A stretch of DNA of 64,000 nucleotides from Octopus sinensis (taxonomy: Eukaryota): NCBI RefSeq assembly GCF_006345805.1, contig NC_043000.1, forward strand, positions 84,320,001 to 84,384,000, written 5' to 3'. Position numbers and translations under genes: made by a program. Under the pieces are notes generated by a model. That model had not been told where the DNA came from and did not search any database. It was given only the letters and a program-made list of their open reading frames with translations. The stretch's first letter is position 1. Every line of letters starts with the position of its first letter. This document shows positions 27,128 to 41,329 of the stretch, in pieces.

Positions 27128-28714
27128 TATGTACGTATGCATGTATGTATATACAGTGTATATGGCATGCATGGAGAAATAGACATATAAATATTCTATA
27201 TTCCTTTAATTTGTTTCAGTCATTTGATTGCGGCCATGCTGGAGCACCGCCTTTAGACGAACAAATCGACTCCAGGACTTATTCTTTCTAAGTCTAGTAC
27301 TTATTCTATTGGTCTTTTTGCGTGTGTGTGTGTGTGTGTGTATAAGTGTGTGTGTATGTATGAGTATGCTTGTGTGCGTGGCATTGCTTTTAGCAGTAGT
27401 ATGGCCTTTCCTTCAGCCCCATCCTCTCACCCCATTGTGCTACTGCTGTCCTGAGACCCGAAAATATGCATTCCTCTGTGTATGTATATTCGCCCAGTGT
27501 TGCCATCGTGGTAGTAATTGTTTTTGATGTTATCACCATCGTTGTGACTGCTGCAGCTGTTGTCGTTGTTAATCGTGATGTTGACATTGTCGTGGCCGTC
27601 CGTGAAATTGTTTGCGTGTGTGAATGGGTAGCCATCCCCTTTATTTATTTTATTTATCTCTCTATCTTATATAGAGAGGCGGTCTCTATCAAAGGTGCAG
27701 GCTAATATATAAAAAAAAACCACCTAAGGCTTACATAACAACATTAACATGAAACAACATGAACAGACACTGCATTAACAAAATGTCCGGTAGTTTTAAT
27801 TCATTAGAATCTCTTAAATGTGACACTACACATATGAATCTTATTCAGAGATGTCCTGTTGAACAGTAAAAGAAGCCATTAAATTAATGCAGATATCGCA
27901 ACCAGCTCCCACCACCACCACCACCATATCTACTACTACTACTACTAATAGTAAGATGGCCACAATTGATCTCATCCTTTAATATAAGACCAATTTTTGT
28001 GTAGTAATAATGGTCGATATAACTGCCACCTCAATAGTACTTCTACTTTCTGTAACCATCCTAATGAAATCGATCATAAAATATATTCAAATCCGACAAG
28101 ATTTGAACGCAGAATATAGAAGAACGAAACAAAACAACTGTACGTATTTTGTTCAGTGAGTTATCTTTTTTATATTTCATCCAGTTCTATCGTACCCAGC
28201 TTCCTGTAATTACGACTAATTGTGGGTCTACAGCAACACTGCCGCTACTATTGCAAAAATTATCTCCCAACTTTATTGAGAAGACAAAATGAAGTCTTCC
28301 TTACTCAAGCGAACTATCAAAGGCTATAGAAAATTCAAATATATTCAGTTGAGATGATTCTCTGCTGTTTATGAAGTTCATTTCGCACTTAAATTCTAAT
28401 GGCAGAATATATTTGCATTAATTTTCTCACTAAAGAAACGCGGAGAGATATGTATGGCAGCTCAGGTTCTATTTAAGAGTCACAGTAAGCAGGATGTGTA
28501 TTTGCATATCGTCTTATATAAACGCAATGATTTCACTGTAGTTTAGCAATCTCAAGAAACTTGAAACTACTTTTTCACTATCTTTCACAGTTGTTGTTGC
28601 TGTTGCTTTTTCAATTGCATATATAAAGATGTTTCAAATACATCTATTTACATTCTAGTAAAAGCGTGTATGCAGTCCCACGGCACATATTCATTTATTA
28701 TATTTCTTTATAAG

Positions 28715-28760
<46 letters not shown>

Positions 28761-29015
28761 CACACACATACACACACACACAAACACACACACACAAAGA
28801 CGCACACGCACACAAACATATTGAAATCCATTGCTTAAATATTCTCGTACATATTGATTCGCATATATTGAAATTGCCTGTTAATATGTATGTGCATAAA
28901 CGATGGACTTCCAAATCTGGAATGGCGATTATCATTGTTGAATACACATTCACATACACACGTGCCCACACACATGTGCACACATAAAAATTCCTTCATA
29001 CACACATTTACATGC

Positions 29016-29016
<1 letters not shown>

Positions 29017-29096
<80 letters not shown>

Positions 29097-29211
29097 ATAT
29101 GTATATATGTATATATGTATATATATATATTATATATATATATATATATATGTATGTATATATATATGTATATACATATACATATACATATATATATGCA
29201 TGTATATATGC

Positions 29212-29253
<42 letters not shown>

Positions 29254-29310
29254 TGTATTTATACATATATATATATATGCATGTATATATATATATATAC
29301 ACACACACAG
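29017..29310. repeat. Long imperfect (TA)n microsatellite
   Basis: Direct reading. Confidence 0.95.
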
Positions 29311-30099
29311 ATTTACACATTCTTAAAGAGAGAGAATCAGAAGGAGTGACGGAGAGAGATGAAATGATTAGGCTAAGATTAATCAATATTGTATACATAA
29401 GATTATTCAGGACATAGAAATAGAGGACACGTCTCGTTAGATAAATGAAAATCATACGCTTCATGTCTACCAGAAGGAGGCTACGGGAAGCTACTTCGCT
29501 GTCTCCTTTATGAATTATTGTATTAGAATCTTACATAGCAACTTCTGTGCAGAAACTGATAAGAGTAGGAAACTTGTACATAATTTATCATAGATTTATA
29601 TTGACATCTTTTCAAAAGACTACATTGATTATCATTGATTGAATAAGGGAGACACCAATAGGTTTTTCTCGTTCAATTTGAAGAGACACATTCACTTTAT
29701 TCATTTTCTCTCTCTGTCTTCCTCTGTTTCTCTTCCCAATTTCCCTCTCTCCTGCTCTCTTTCGATCCATCATGGCACTGATTCAACTATTTGTCCTAAA
29801 CACTACACTGCCATTCAGCTTTTTCCCGTTATCTCTCCGCGTATTTAAATATCAATTTATCCATCAAAGACTTTATCCATCCATTCATTATTCTATCCAC
29901 CCATCAATCCATCCATCCGTCTGTTCCATCCATCCCTCTATCCATTTCTATCAGTTACTTTCCCACCGGATGGTGTAAGTTCGACAGTTATATGAGAACT
30001 TCCGGGTCAGCTTATTCTGATGTGACCCTTAACATAATAGTCAATCTCCTCAGCTTATCCTTTTTCTTTCTTTTTTCCTCTTTTTCTTTCTGCCTTCCT

Positions 30100-30149
30100 T
30101 TCTGTCTGTCTCTCTCTCTCTTTCTTCCTTCTTTCATTCTTTCTTTCCT

Positions 30150-30217
<68 letters not shown>

Positions 30218-30320
30218 TCATTCTTTATTTATTTATTTATTTATTCATTTATATATTCATTTATTTATTTATGTCTGTATCTCCCCCTCTCTCTCGTTAT
30301 CTATTCTTAAAATTATTCAT

Positions 30321-30418
<98 letters not shown>

Positions 30419-30460
30419 GTCTGTCTGTCTGTCTATCTACTTATCTATCTATCTATCTAA
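30100..30460. repeat. Compound tetranucleotide array (TTTC)n-(ATTT)n-(TATC)n-(TGTC)n
   Basis: Direct reading. Confidence 0.95.
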
Positions 30461-30989
30461 CTAGTACTGTAATTCAAATTCTTACGTGTGTATGTGTATA
30501 TAAATATATATACACATATATATATATCCATGCACGCACACACACACACACACACACACACAAACATGCACACATACATATATATGCAAATATGTCCGTA
30601 AATGTATTTGTATCATACTGTCTAGCTGGGTTACTAATACAATTTTAAAGAGAATGATAGCAGTGAGTATGTGTCCATACGTATGCACACATAAACACAC
30701 ATGTTCATAAACACACTTACACTAACTCATTCACCCCCCACACACACACACATACACATGCACACATACACACACACCACTCTTTAAAATTACATTAGTA
30801 GCCCAGTCAGAGTGTATAAACTTGCTCTTTAAGTTGTAATAGCTACACAATCTTTTCTGTTTCCACTTCCTGGTCGTCAGCGAAGCTCCCACGATCAAGT
30901 GTCTTCATTATTCATTTCTTTACTTTAGGCATTACGATGTATATGTAGATGTGTGTATACATATATATATATATATATATATACAGAGA

Positions 30990-31020
<31 letters not shown>

Positions 31021-31121
31021 GTAGACAGACAGACAAATTGTCAGACAGTGAAACAGACTGAGACAGAGAGAGACTGATATATACATATATACGTACACAT
31101 ACACCCATATATGTATGTAGT

Positions 31122-31215
<94 letters not shown>

Positions 31216-31659
31216 TCTGTGGGTTTTCCTTTTTATATATATTTTTGCTTTGCAATTTTTCATTTCATTTGCTTCAAATATGTCAAACGTACTCTTGTAC
31301 TTTGGTTACTTGGAAACAAATCTTCTTCCTATTCGTATTCTAAATACTTACAGATTCCCACTCCGTTTGACAACACATACCTACACACACAAACATACAG
31401 ATAAGCACAGACACAGACATGTACGCATACATGCACACACATATTGCCATATGCTCAAAAGTAAAAACGAAAGAGTACTCAATATGATTTGTAGAGGCTG
31501 TCATTTGTTTCATGCAATGCTTTAGTCTGTTACTACAGTTTTGCCTCTTCGGCCTCTAACTTATGTGTATGAATATCCATAAATACTCATACGCGCGCGC
31601 GCATGTATTGTCAAAGTATACAGTTAGCCCTCACGTTACTTACCATTTTTTGTACATTG

Positions 31660-32185
31660 TTCACTCATTGGACTACGGACATGCTGGGGCATCCCCTTGA
31701 AGAGTTCAGTCGAAGAAATTAATCCCAGTACTTTTATTTTTGTTAAATCTGATACTTATTATATCGATCTCTTTTGAAAAACACCGGTTGTGAAGCGGTG
31801 GAAACGGAAAAACACACACACACTCACAAACGGGCTATTTACTGTTCCCATCTCCCAAATTAATTCACAAAGATTTATTGGCCTGAGTCACTTGTCTGAG
31901 GCGTCTTACTGTAGCAGTGAATCCGAAACCATGTGGTTGGGAAGAAAACATCTTATTTCTTTATTGCCCACAAGGGGCTAAACATAGACGAGACAAACAA
32001 GGACAGACAAAGGAATTAAGTCGATTAGATCGACCCCAGTGCATAACTGGTACTTAATTTATCGATCCCGAAAGGATGAAAGGCAAAGTCAACCTCGGCT
32101 TAATTTGAACGCAGAACGAAACGGCAGACGAAATGCCGCTAAGCATTCGCTCGGCGTGCTAACGTTTCTGCCAGCTGGCCGCCTT
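31660..32185 (-). mobile_element. Adjacent family-2 (about 31660-31950) and family-1 (about 31963-32185) SINEs
   Basis: Reverse-complement matches to both SINE bodies. Confidence 0.7.
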
Positions 32186-32524
32186 TCATCAAAGAAAACA
32201 TCTTACCACACACCAACGCCTGCTTCTATGGTCAATATACCACGTCTTTTTAATGTGTATTTAAATATTCATCTTTTCGGCTTCCTCTTATCTACAAGAG
32301 AATACTCAACAACCTGAACACAAACACTCGTATGTATGTATGTATGTATGTATGTATGTATGTATGTATGTATGTATGTATGTATGTATGTATGTATGTA
32401 TGTATGTATGTACGTATGTATGTATGCATGCATGCCTGTATGTATGTATGTATGTATGTATGTATTATGTATGTATGTATGTATACATGTATGTATGTAT
32501 ATTCCTAATATTGTATAACAGACC

Positions 32525-32740
32525 AAGGCGGCAAGCTGGCAGAAACGTTAGCATGCCGGGCAAAATTCTTCGCGGCATTTCGTCCTCTTTACGTCCTGAG
32601 TTCAAATTCTGCCTAGGTCGACTTTGCCTTTCATCCTTTCGGGGTCGATAAAATAAGTATCAGTGGAGTGCTGGTGTCGATGTAATCGACTTTACCCCTC
32701 CTCCGAACATGCTGGCCTTCTGCCAAAATTTGAAACAAAT
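32525..32740 (+). mobile_element. Family-1 SINE
   Basis: ggcggcaagctggcagaaacgttagc...gaggtcgactttgcctttcatcctttcggggtcgataaaataagt-like body. Confidence 0.8.
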
Positions 32741-33025
32741 TTTGTAGAACTATTAGGAAAAACTGTTTCACTCTAGTATAAGCACTCCTAAGACTAACTT
32801 CTAAATCATACTCTATCAATGATCAATGAAAAAGAGTCTGTATTATACAAGGTACTCAAAACAAACCGAACAGCACTGTGACAACAAACAAAGATATTAG
32901 CGAAACAACGTACATATATACTTCATAACCACAAAATTTTACACATCAGCTGTCAGTCGGACACCCTCGTGATTTTGACCTTCAGGCTGATTATTCCGAA
33001 GATGTCAAGTACTGTTAAGATATAT

Positions 33026-33231
33026 ACTTTCACGTACGTATAAATATTAAATCATGTGTTGACCCTGATTACAAAATACGGGCATATAAGTCGAAAACGC
33101 TAAAATATAGGTAAAAGTTTAAAACATAACTTTCACGTACGTATAAATATTAAATCATGTGTTGACCCTGATTACAAAATACGGGCATATAAGTTGAAAA
33201 CGCTAAGATATAGGTAAAAGATTAAGACATA
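33026..33231. repeat. 103-bp tandem duplication
   Basis: actttcacgtacgtataaatattaaatcatgtgttgaccctgattac... at 33026 and 33129 with few substitutions. Confidence 0.9.
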
Positions 33232-33479
33232 ACTTAAAATACATACATATATACATACATACAAACACATGTATATATATATAAACATATACATATATAT
33301 ATGCATACACACACATATGCATATATAGTAATAGAAAATGAACGAGCAAAAAATATGGTATCACTTTAGACCATTTAATATATAATAAAACATAGTGCAG
33401 AATTGTAGTAAATTCGCAAAGTCTCCTATAGCTGTTTTTAGAATATCTAAGCATATAGATCATATCCATGTGACCACCA

Positions 33480-33680
33480 CCATATGACCGATCAGGCTGT
33501 CAGATTTTGTTTCACATCGCTAGTCACGATGCCCTTTGCATTGTTTTAGCCTTCAAATGACACCACTCTGCTGGCTAGGCAAGTAGGCCTACATAGCCCC
33601 CTGGTCGAAAGGGGGACTGGTGTAACGTGAAATGAAGTGTTTTGCTCAAGAACACAAAGCGCCGCCCACTCAAGGATAAT
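33480..33680 (-). mobile_element. SINE fragment: CORE-like body joined to tail 1
   Basis: Minus strand ttgtgttcttgagcaaaacacttcatttcacg followed by the ggcct.ct.gc.tagccagc..gtcatttgaaggctaaaacaatgc tail. Confidence 0.6.
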
Positions 33681-34067
33681 ATATTATAGAGTAAAGATTT
33701 CAATGTAAGTTAACTACTCCGTCATCGGGGAGAGAGAAATAAAGAATATCCTTAATCAAGGATATTAGTAGTTACCAATTTCTCGAGGAACTAAGGAGTT
33801 TCCAAAGTGAAGCATAATAGGCGTTGTTAGTTGCATGGTCGAATATTTAAGGAAATCCTTTGTAAAAGATGTCAGTTATTGCTTATTCATTTTCAGTCTT
33901 TAATGTATATCTACCCACTCAACTGTGAACCACCTTTAAACATTTTGATAGGCAGCCTCAGTACCATCTTTATTTCAGTCGCATTTCGAGTTGGAGTTTT
34001 AGTGGCAGACCAAACTGAGCACTTATAGTACATATCTATTACATTACGCCATTTATACTCCCCCGCC

Positions 34068-34109
<42 letters not shown>

Positions 34110-34142
34110 ATATATAATATAATATATATATATATATTATAT

Positions 34143-34209
<67 letters not shown>

Positions 34210-35158
34210 TATGCTTACAAAGAAGAAGGCCTGGGGTCAATTTCTTCGACTAAAACCCTTTAAGACCCTTTAAGACAGTGCTCCAGCATGGTCGCAGTCA
34301 AATGACTGAAACAAAAGAATAAAAGACTCGAAGAATATATATATATATATATATATATAATGTTTGCCTCTTTCTACCAAAATTTCACAGTTCATTAAAA
34401 AGGTATTCTATAAATTCCATATAAAATAGAAACGAGAGAATAATATACTTGGAAAGCAAAAGCACCGAGGGAAACAAAAGAAGAACAAAACAAATTATTG
34501 CCATAGTTACATACTCATGCTTTATTTGTTAATTACCAAAAAGTCAACTACAACTAATGTATTCGCACGCGGGCATTCGTGTGCGTAGATATGTCTGTGT
34601 AAAGCAAATATACGTCTCTGTAGGCATTTATATTCATACATACACATGTATAAATTTTATTTTTAGACATTAATATTTTATATAAATATTCATATATACG
34701 TAAATCCATATGCCCACAATACGCTCACACACACACACACACCACACACACACACACACACTTACACACATACACACACTTACACTTACACATACATCTA
34801 CATTCAAAAAGATTATTAAAAAAATGAAAAATAGTGAAAGAGTTCGTGATGTAAACAGAAAAGAAACCGTTATGATAATTAATACCATACTAATGCAGCT
34901 TTACTAATCATACCATGAAACGTTAAGTTCAGAGATTTTTAAAAAATCAATTTAATTACACCAGTGTACTTGTTTACTTCTCTGCGTCCTTTATCTGTAG
35001 TGTCTTTTAGTTTATTTACTCGGAAAAGTAGTTAGAGCATCGTGCATACAACTCCCGATAGGGTCGATGCGTCTGATATTTATCTTGAAGTTTTGTAGTT
35101 TGATATTTGAGAGGGGCAAAAATATCTGGTGACTGACAAGGAAAGCACTTCAAGATCG

Positions 35159-35236
<78 letters not shown>

Positions 35237-35819
35237 CTAAAAATATCAACGATTCCTCCCTCAAACCATACCCTGCCGTCATCAAAGACGATGGACACAT
35301 TGGACTGTCTAAATGGAAGTAATGGTCATGATGGAAGGCCTGATCTTAAGTTAAACGACAACGTTGTAGAAATATTGAGACAATGAAATGAAAAAACAAT
35401 GGGATAGTGAAACGTTGAGACAGGAAAAGAAAGATCCATTTTCTGTGTGGTTGTTCGGCTTGCTAGAAATTGCTACCATATCCTCTCAGCTCAAAATCGG
35501 ACTTTTTAAAAGACGAAAATTCCATTCGATATTGCAGAGATAGTCATGGATTGAATGTCTTTACTTGTACAATTGAGCAATAAAACCTGAACTGTAAATA
35601 CAAAAATAATAATATCAACAATGTTCAGGATTACTTTAACTTTAATGCAAAATTTCGGAGCGGTAGCTCGAAGAGACACAAAGTAGGTTTGACGGTTGGA
35701 GGAATGATAAGTGCTTCAGTTGAGACTGAATACGAATTCTATACTGTTTATAATTAGAAACTTTAAAAACATAAGAAAAGCAAAGTGTGTATTTGAACCA
35801 ATGGTTGTAATGTTTTTTG

Positions 35820-36130
35820 AAGGTGAGTGGCTTAATGGTTAGGGTAATCGGCTCACTATCACAAGATTCTGAGTTCGATTCCCTGCGGCGCATTGTCTCC
35901 TCGAGCAGGACACTTTATTTTCACGTTATTCCAGGCAACTCAGCAGGCAGAAATGTAGTACCTGTAATTCTAAGGGCTGGCCTTGTCACAGTCTGTGTCA
36001 AGCTGAATCTCCCTAAGAACTACGTTAAGGGTCTGTATGCCAGTGGAGTGCTCATTCATTTACATGTTAATTTCACGAGCAAGCTTTTCTATTGATCAAC
36101 TGGGACCCTTGTTATCGCAACCGACGGAAT
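35820..36130 (+). mobile_element. tRNA-derived SINE with CORE-like body and tail 3
   Basis: A/B-box-like tggcttaatgg and gagttcgattcc; tcctcgagcaggacactttattttcacg; tail gttaatttcacgagc..accgacggaatg. Confidence 0.6.
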
Positions 36131-37944
36131 GTCATATTATGTAATGTTTTGATAAGTGAACGTCTAGTAATCAGCTTGCGTTCCTGTTTTATGGCGAAGT
36201 ATAGAATACATGTGTGTGTACAAGTTGGTGCATACAAAATAGAGTGATATGGCAGAAAACGCACATGCTAATGAATGAAAAACTACTGAAGCTATTGGGT
36301 GATAAATTAACTCGAGGTTCTCTCAGTAGATACGGTTGAAGTCATTGTTAGTGCCAAATTTTCCGCAATATTTTTATTATGTTTCTCAAGGTTTAGACAC
36401 TACTGACGTGTAACGTGGGAAAGCAAGTCTCCAGTAGATCTTTATTTATGGAAACCGCAATAACTAGAAATAGAAAAACAAATGTTCATAAAAATATAAG
36501 TTTGATAAAGAAAATTATTTCAAACCTCTTTCTCAAAGCATACGCATGTACTTGGCGCAGGAACCTACTGGCATGTAAAGTACGAAAACTGGAAAACAAC
36601 ACTTTCCATAATATAAAAAAATATACACCGTACACCTCCCTAAGCAATATCGCAACCCCTCCATAAACACTGATACCAGGCAACCAGAACTAAAAGGTCG
36701 TATATAATGTTATATATAACCGTCCGTGAGGATCTCTGCTGGTGAACGAACGATCTTAACATTGTCAAAATTACATCACAATCAATACTGGTCATTGCTT
36801 TCAAAGCCAGAAAATTTTCCAGTTGCCCAAATCTGCAACGTTTTACGAAGATCAAATGAAATCTACAATTGGTTAGTGTTTCTATATGTTTGACGATACT
36901 GCTGCTAAACATATACAGACATTCCAGATTTCATACAAATAAAAGGGCCAATTGACTGATTCACAATGTTGGGCATCATACTGCAGCATCTGGCTTATAT
37001 GTGTACCGTTTTCTTTCCGTCCCTTTCTACTGTAACTAAAGTGGCAATTTCTTCCTCGCTGACTGATCTCGTACAACTTTACTGGGACACTCCCAGTTAA
37101 CAAGTCTTTCCTCTTCACTTGCTCATCTTTCTGATCTCACTCCGTACACGTGTTTTTCCCCCTTACTTGCATCGGTTGAAGAGAAATATTAATTGCGTCG
37201 ATCTAAACTGTTTTAAAAGGCGAAAGTCATGGACGAAACCCTTCCCTTCAGATTAAACCATGAGTAAAAAAAAAAAACTGTTTCAATCATCTTTGAGATG
37301 CTAAAAGTAAAGGTGATAGTTTCTATGATCAATGGGATAATTTGATTGATAGATTTGTGGGAAATATTTATGCACATCACACAAATACATGTAGGCATGT
37401 ATACATGTGTGTGTACGTAAATATACATACAATATATATAATATATATATCATATATAAATATATATATATACATACATGCATACATGCATACATACATC
37501 CATCCATACATACATACATGCATGCATATATACATGCATACGTGTGAGTATATGTGAGTATTATGCGTTTTATTACTCCGTTATTGTTTGTTTTTACTTG
37601 GAATTATTATTATTGTAAGTTTTATTTTTGTACCTTGATGTTATATCAAAGTGAACATCGACAATCAATATTTTGTTATTTAATTACATTAATGCATTTG
37701 TGTTTTATTTGCTATAGTAACATGGAAATATTTGTGTTTTAGAGATTAGTTACCAAAGGGATATTCCATAGATTCCATAGTCGATATTTCATGACATTAA
37801 TCGCAGTATAAAATTTGGAATGAGGTTGTTGCAGAAAATACTGCTACAGGCTTTAGATGCTTTCCAAGCGATCAGTATAAAAAATAATAGGAAATTTAAG
37901 GCACAACCAGATCAAATGGAACTATTTGTCAATCTAGTTAGCTT

Positions 37945-37998
<54 letters not shown>

Positions 37999-38050
37999 TC
38001 TCTCTCTCTCTCTTTCTCTATCCATCTATCTATCTATCTATCTATCTATC

Positions 38051-38092
<42 letters not shown>

Positions 38093-38379
38093 CATCCATC
38101 TATCTATTCATCTATCTAGCTATCTGCCTATCTAGCTAGCTGTAAATATGTTACGCATGTCTATGCGCCTTGCTATGTGTCTGTCTCTCCCCTCAACTCC
38201 ATAACTCTCCCCCCTCTCTCTCTCTTTCTGTAAACTTGGATCACTATCTGAAAATCCTGAACACCCTCAGATTTGTTTCGTAATTTTGAATTATTAATTC
38301 ATAATTAAAAAGAAAACATACAATTTAAAGATTTTGAAAGTCAGTTATTTAATACATATAACACGTCTGTTTCTTAGTA

Positions 38380-39570
38380 ACTAATTGGCGCTTCTATAAG
38401 CAAATTCTTTCTCTTAGCAGAAGAAGCAAACGAAGAAAAGTCGATGTCAACTAGTCTCAGTAAGTATTTCTGGATCACCTGCATTCTGCCACCTTGGAGC
38501 CTTTCTAGGATGGCAGAACCTATGAAGAATTTAGAAGATCTGATGTCCAATGAGTAGAACCTCCTGGAGTGAGAACTCCAGGAAGATAAATTCATTACAG
38601 TTACTCACTGTTACTCACCATGTTTCCCTGTTTCTCATTCACTGCTTTGACTTCTGTCTCTCTTTCTCTCACCACTCCCTTATCAACCACATATCAATAA
38701 CTTCTTGTTATCGTCTCTTTATCTCCAGTATTTTATTTCTCCCCATAGTAAATGCTGTCATTCCACGCTGCTAAGTCTTCAAAGACAAATAACTTCATAA
38801 GTTTTTGACTACTTTCTATGTTCCTTCTCATATTTCGTTGACGGCTTACGCTCATAATCCCTATATTGCTTTATAGTTGGAATACCATGAGAATCATTAT
38901 CGTACCTTTGGAGGAGTACCATGTATAGCGCTATTTGATGCCCAAAGTCAAGGGAAACGTGATTCCAAGTGGTGTGAAATTCTTTCCAAGCGTTCTTTAG
39001 CATTTCAAATTTGTACAATATTGACTGGAGGCCACAGTGTGATGTGTTCTTTCCACAACGGATCACTTCTACACAACCCTTCTACCTCATACATTATCCC
39101 TACTCTTATCCTTACCCTATTTACTGCTTTGCATTAAAAGAACTTTTTTAGGTTCTTGCCTCGTCGAGTCACTCACTATTGATATCCTCTTTAATGTTGG
39201 TTTCGTAAAATAGTCTGAAACTCACATCGCTAAATCAATAGCAATATAATGTCTTCACACTCAAACTGCTCTCACCTCTTGGTCAATGCTTCTCGCAATT
39301 TTCCGCTCATTTTCCTGGAGTTCTAACCCCAGGAGAATCCATCGTTGGAATATCTAAGTTTCATCACAAACCGTGTTGCATAGTTTCTAATAAAATTCGG
39401 AAGTCAGTCTTCTTTATGAGTAAGCCAATAGGACTACTTATCGAAGAGTAGATGAATCTTATCCCAGTATCACCACTGTGCATTTCCCATGACCCAAACT
39501 GTTAACATTTAAAAGGTCCGTTCACCCAACTGCAAATTAGAAACGTATACTGTAAGCAGCGAAAGCATTG
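38380..39570 (-). mobile_element. Highly decayed RTE-like LINE (RT and C-terminus)
   Basis: Minus-strand remnants LLFDKVVLLA (LLFADDLVL-like) and VIDMWLIR (FEMW..R-like). Confidence 0.4.
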
Positions 39571-40962
39571 TGCTAAAAACAATTGACTTCATCTAGCAGT
39601 ATAGATCAGAAGACAGAAATGAGAATTTTTCAAAGTTCAGTATTTTTTATTAAGGTCACTAGGTATAGTCTTTGATCCAGCCTGGGTCCTCGTAATACCC
39701 ACAGCTTCAAAATATTGATACCTAGTTTGTGTGTGTATGGTGCATTCCTTTCTACTCATGCTAAACTGATATTTGTACAGATTATGAATGTTTTCCGATA
39801 ACCTTTACTGTACAGAAAACTTTGTCATTTTGAGTTCACAGTTCAATTCATGACGGAATAAAATTCACCCTTTATATACACCGTAAATTAATTAAATAAA
39901 GTCAGTATGAATAATATATTAATGTCGAACAAAAATTCTCAGCAGCTTTTCTTCCGACCTTACGCTCTGTATTTAAATGACACCAGAGTCGATTTTACCG
40001 TTCATCCTTTTGGAGTGGATAGAATAAGTGTCAGTCGACTTACCCCTCCATAAAATTACTGGCTTTCTACAAAACTGAAAACCTATATTGATTAATGCAA
40101 AATAGTAGCTAAACTGCAAAATATATTTTCACAATAGTTTGTACTTAAACGATAGTTAAAATTATATTGACTGTGAACTTATCACCTTGAATATATAACT
40201 AACTGATTACATACTGGAATTTTTAATTTTATGTGTAGTACTGTATAAATTAGTATGATATGTGATGCTGCATAAAATATCAGCAATTTATTAGGATAAA
40301 TATAATTTCACAAAATTTTAATAGAAAAATTTATCATTAAGAAAATCTTATGATAAAATGGAAACTGTTAGTGGGGGAAAGTGTCAAGGCTACGGAGGCA
40401 AAAAATAATTAATAAAATTATAACTCGCTTGGGGAAAGTAAAACGAAGAAAACATAAGATGAAAAGTTAATAAATAGCCTAAAACTTTTATTGATTGGAT
40501 TTACTCAGTTATGACCAGAAGGTAATTGGCTTTTTTCATTGCTTCCAAGTTAAATAACTCAAGTAGAATGTTTCGATTCTGTAAAAATCTACAAATAAAA
40601 TTTGATTTTCTTCAGAAGATAGAATTAAAATGTGATATAGTTATTTCTCTACTTCTGTGTATAGCGTGTATGTGTTGAGGTCATTTCATGTCGCAGCTAA
40701 TGTGTAATTATCCTAAAATTCGCCTCAGGTATTATCACTTTTTACTGAAGCACTGAAAACTGAAATTGATTCTCTCCGCTTCAACACGAGATTCCTTTAT
40801 TTCTTTTTTCGTATGTTCTTTCATTCTTGTGCTTTTCATTGAATATCTTTTGAAGAGTGCGTCATTCTCAGCTCCTGAGAGGAATTAATCACCAACCTCG
40901 TATACATATATATATACACACACACACACACATACAAAGATATATATATATATGTATGTATG

Positions 40963-41034
<72 letters not shown>

Positions 41035-41040
41035 ATATAT

Positions 41041-41098
<58 letters not shown>

Positions 41099-41245
41099 TG
41101 TATGTATGTATGCTGATATGTAGGCGCGCGTGTTTCTTCATTCAAGCTAGTTGCTTGGTTTAAACATAAGGTATACTTGGATCCCAGAATTTGAAAGAAA
41201 GAAAAATAGGCGAGATAAAAAAATGAAAGCAGGTAAAATCCAAAC

Positions 41246-41329
<84 letters not shown>

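Noticed and set aside
30850-30910. CTGACGA...GAAAC on the minus strand
   Set aside because: No stem I pairing adjacent to the core and only a 2-bp stem II.
38418-38459. 42-nt plus-strand microexon with good acceptor and gtaagt donor
   Set aside because: It lies antisense within a decayed RTE-like LINE and has no other support, although exonisation cannot be excluded.
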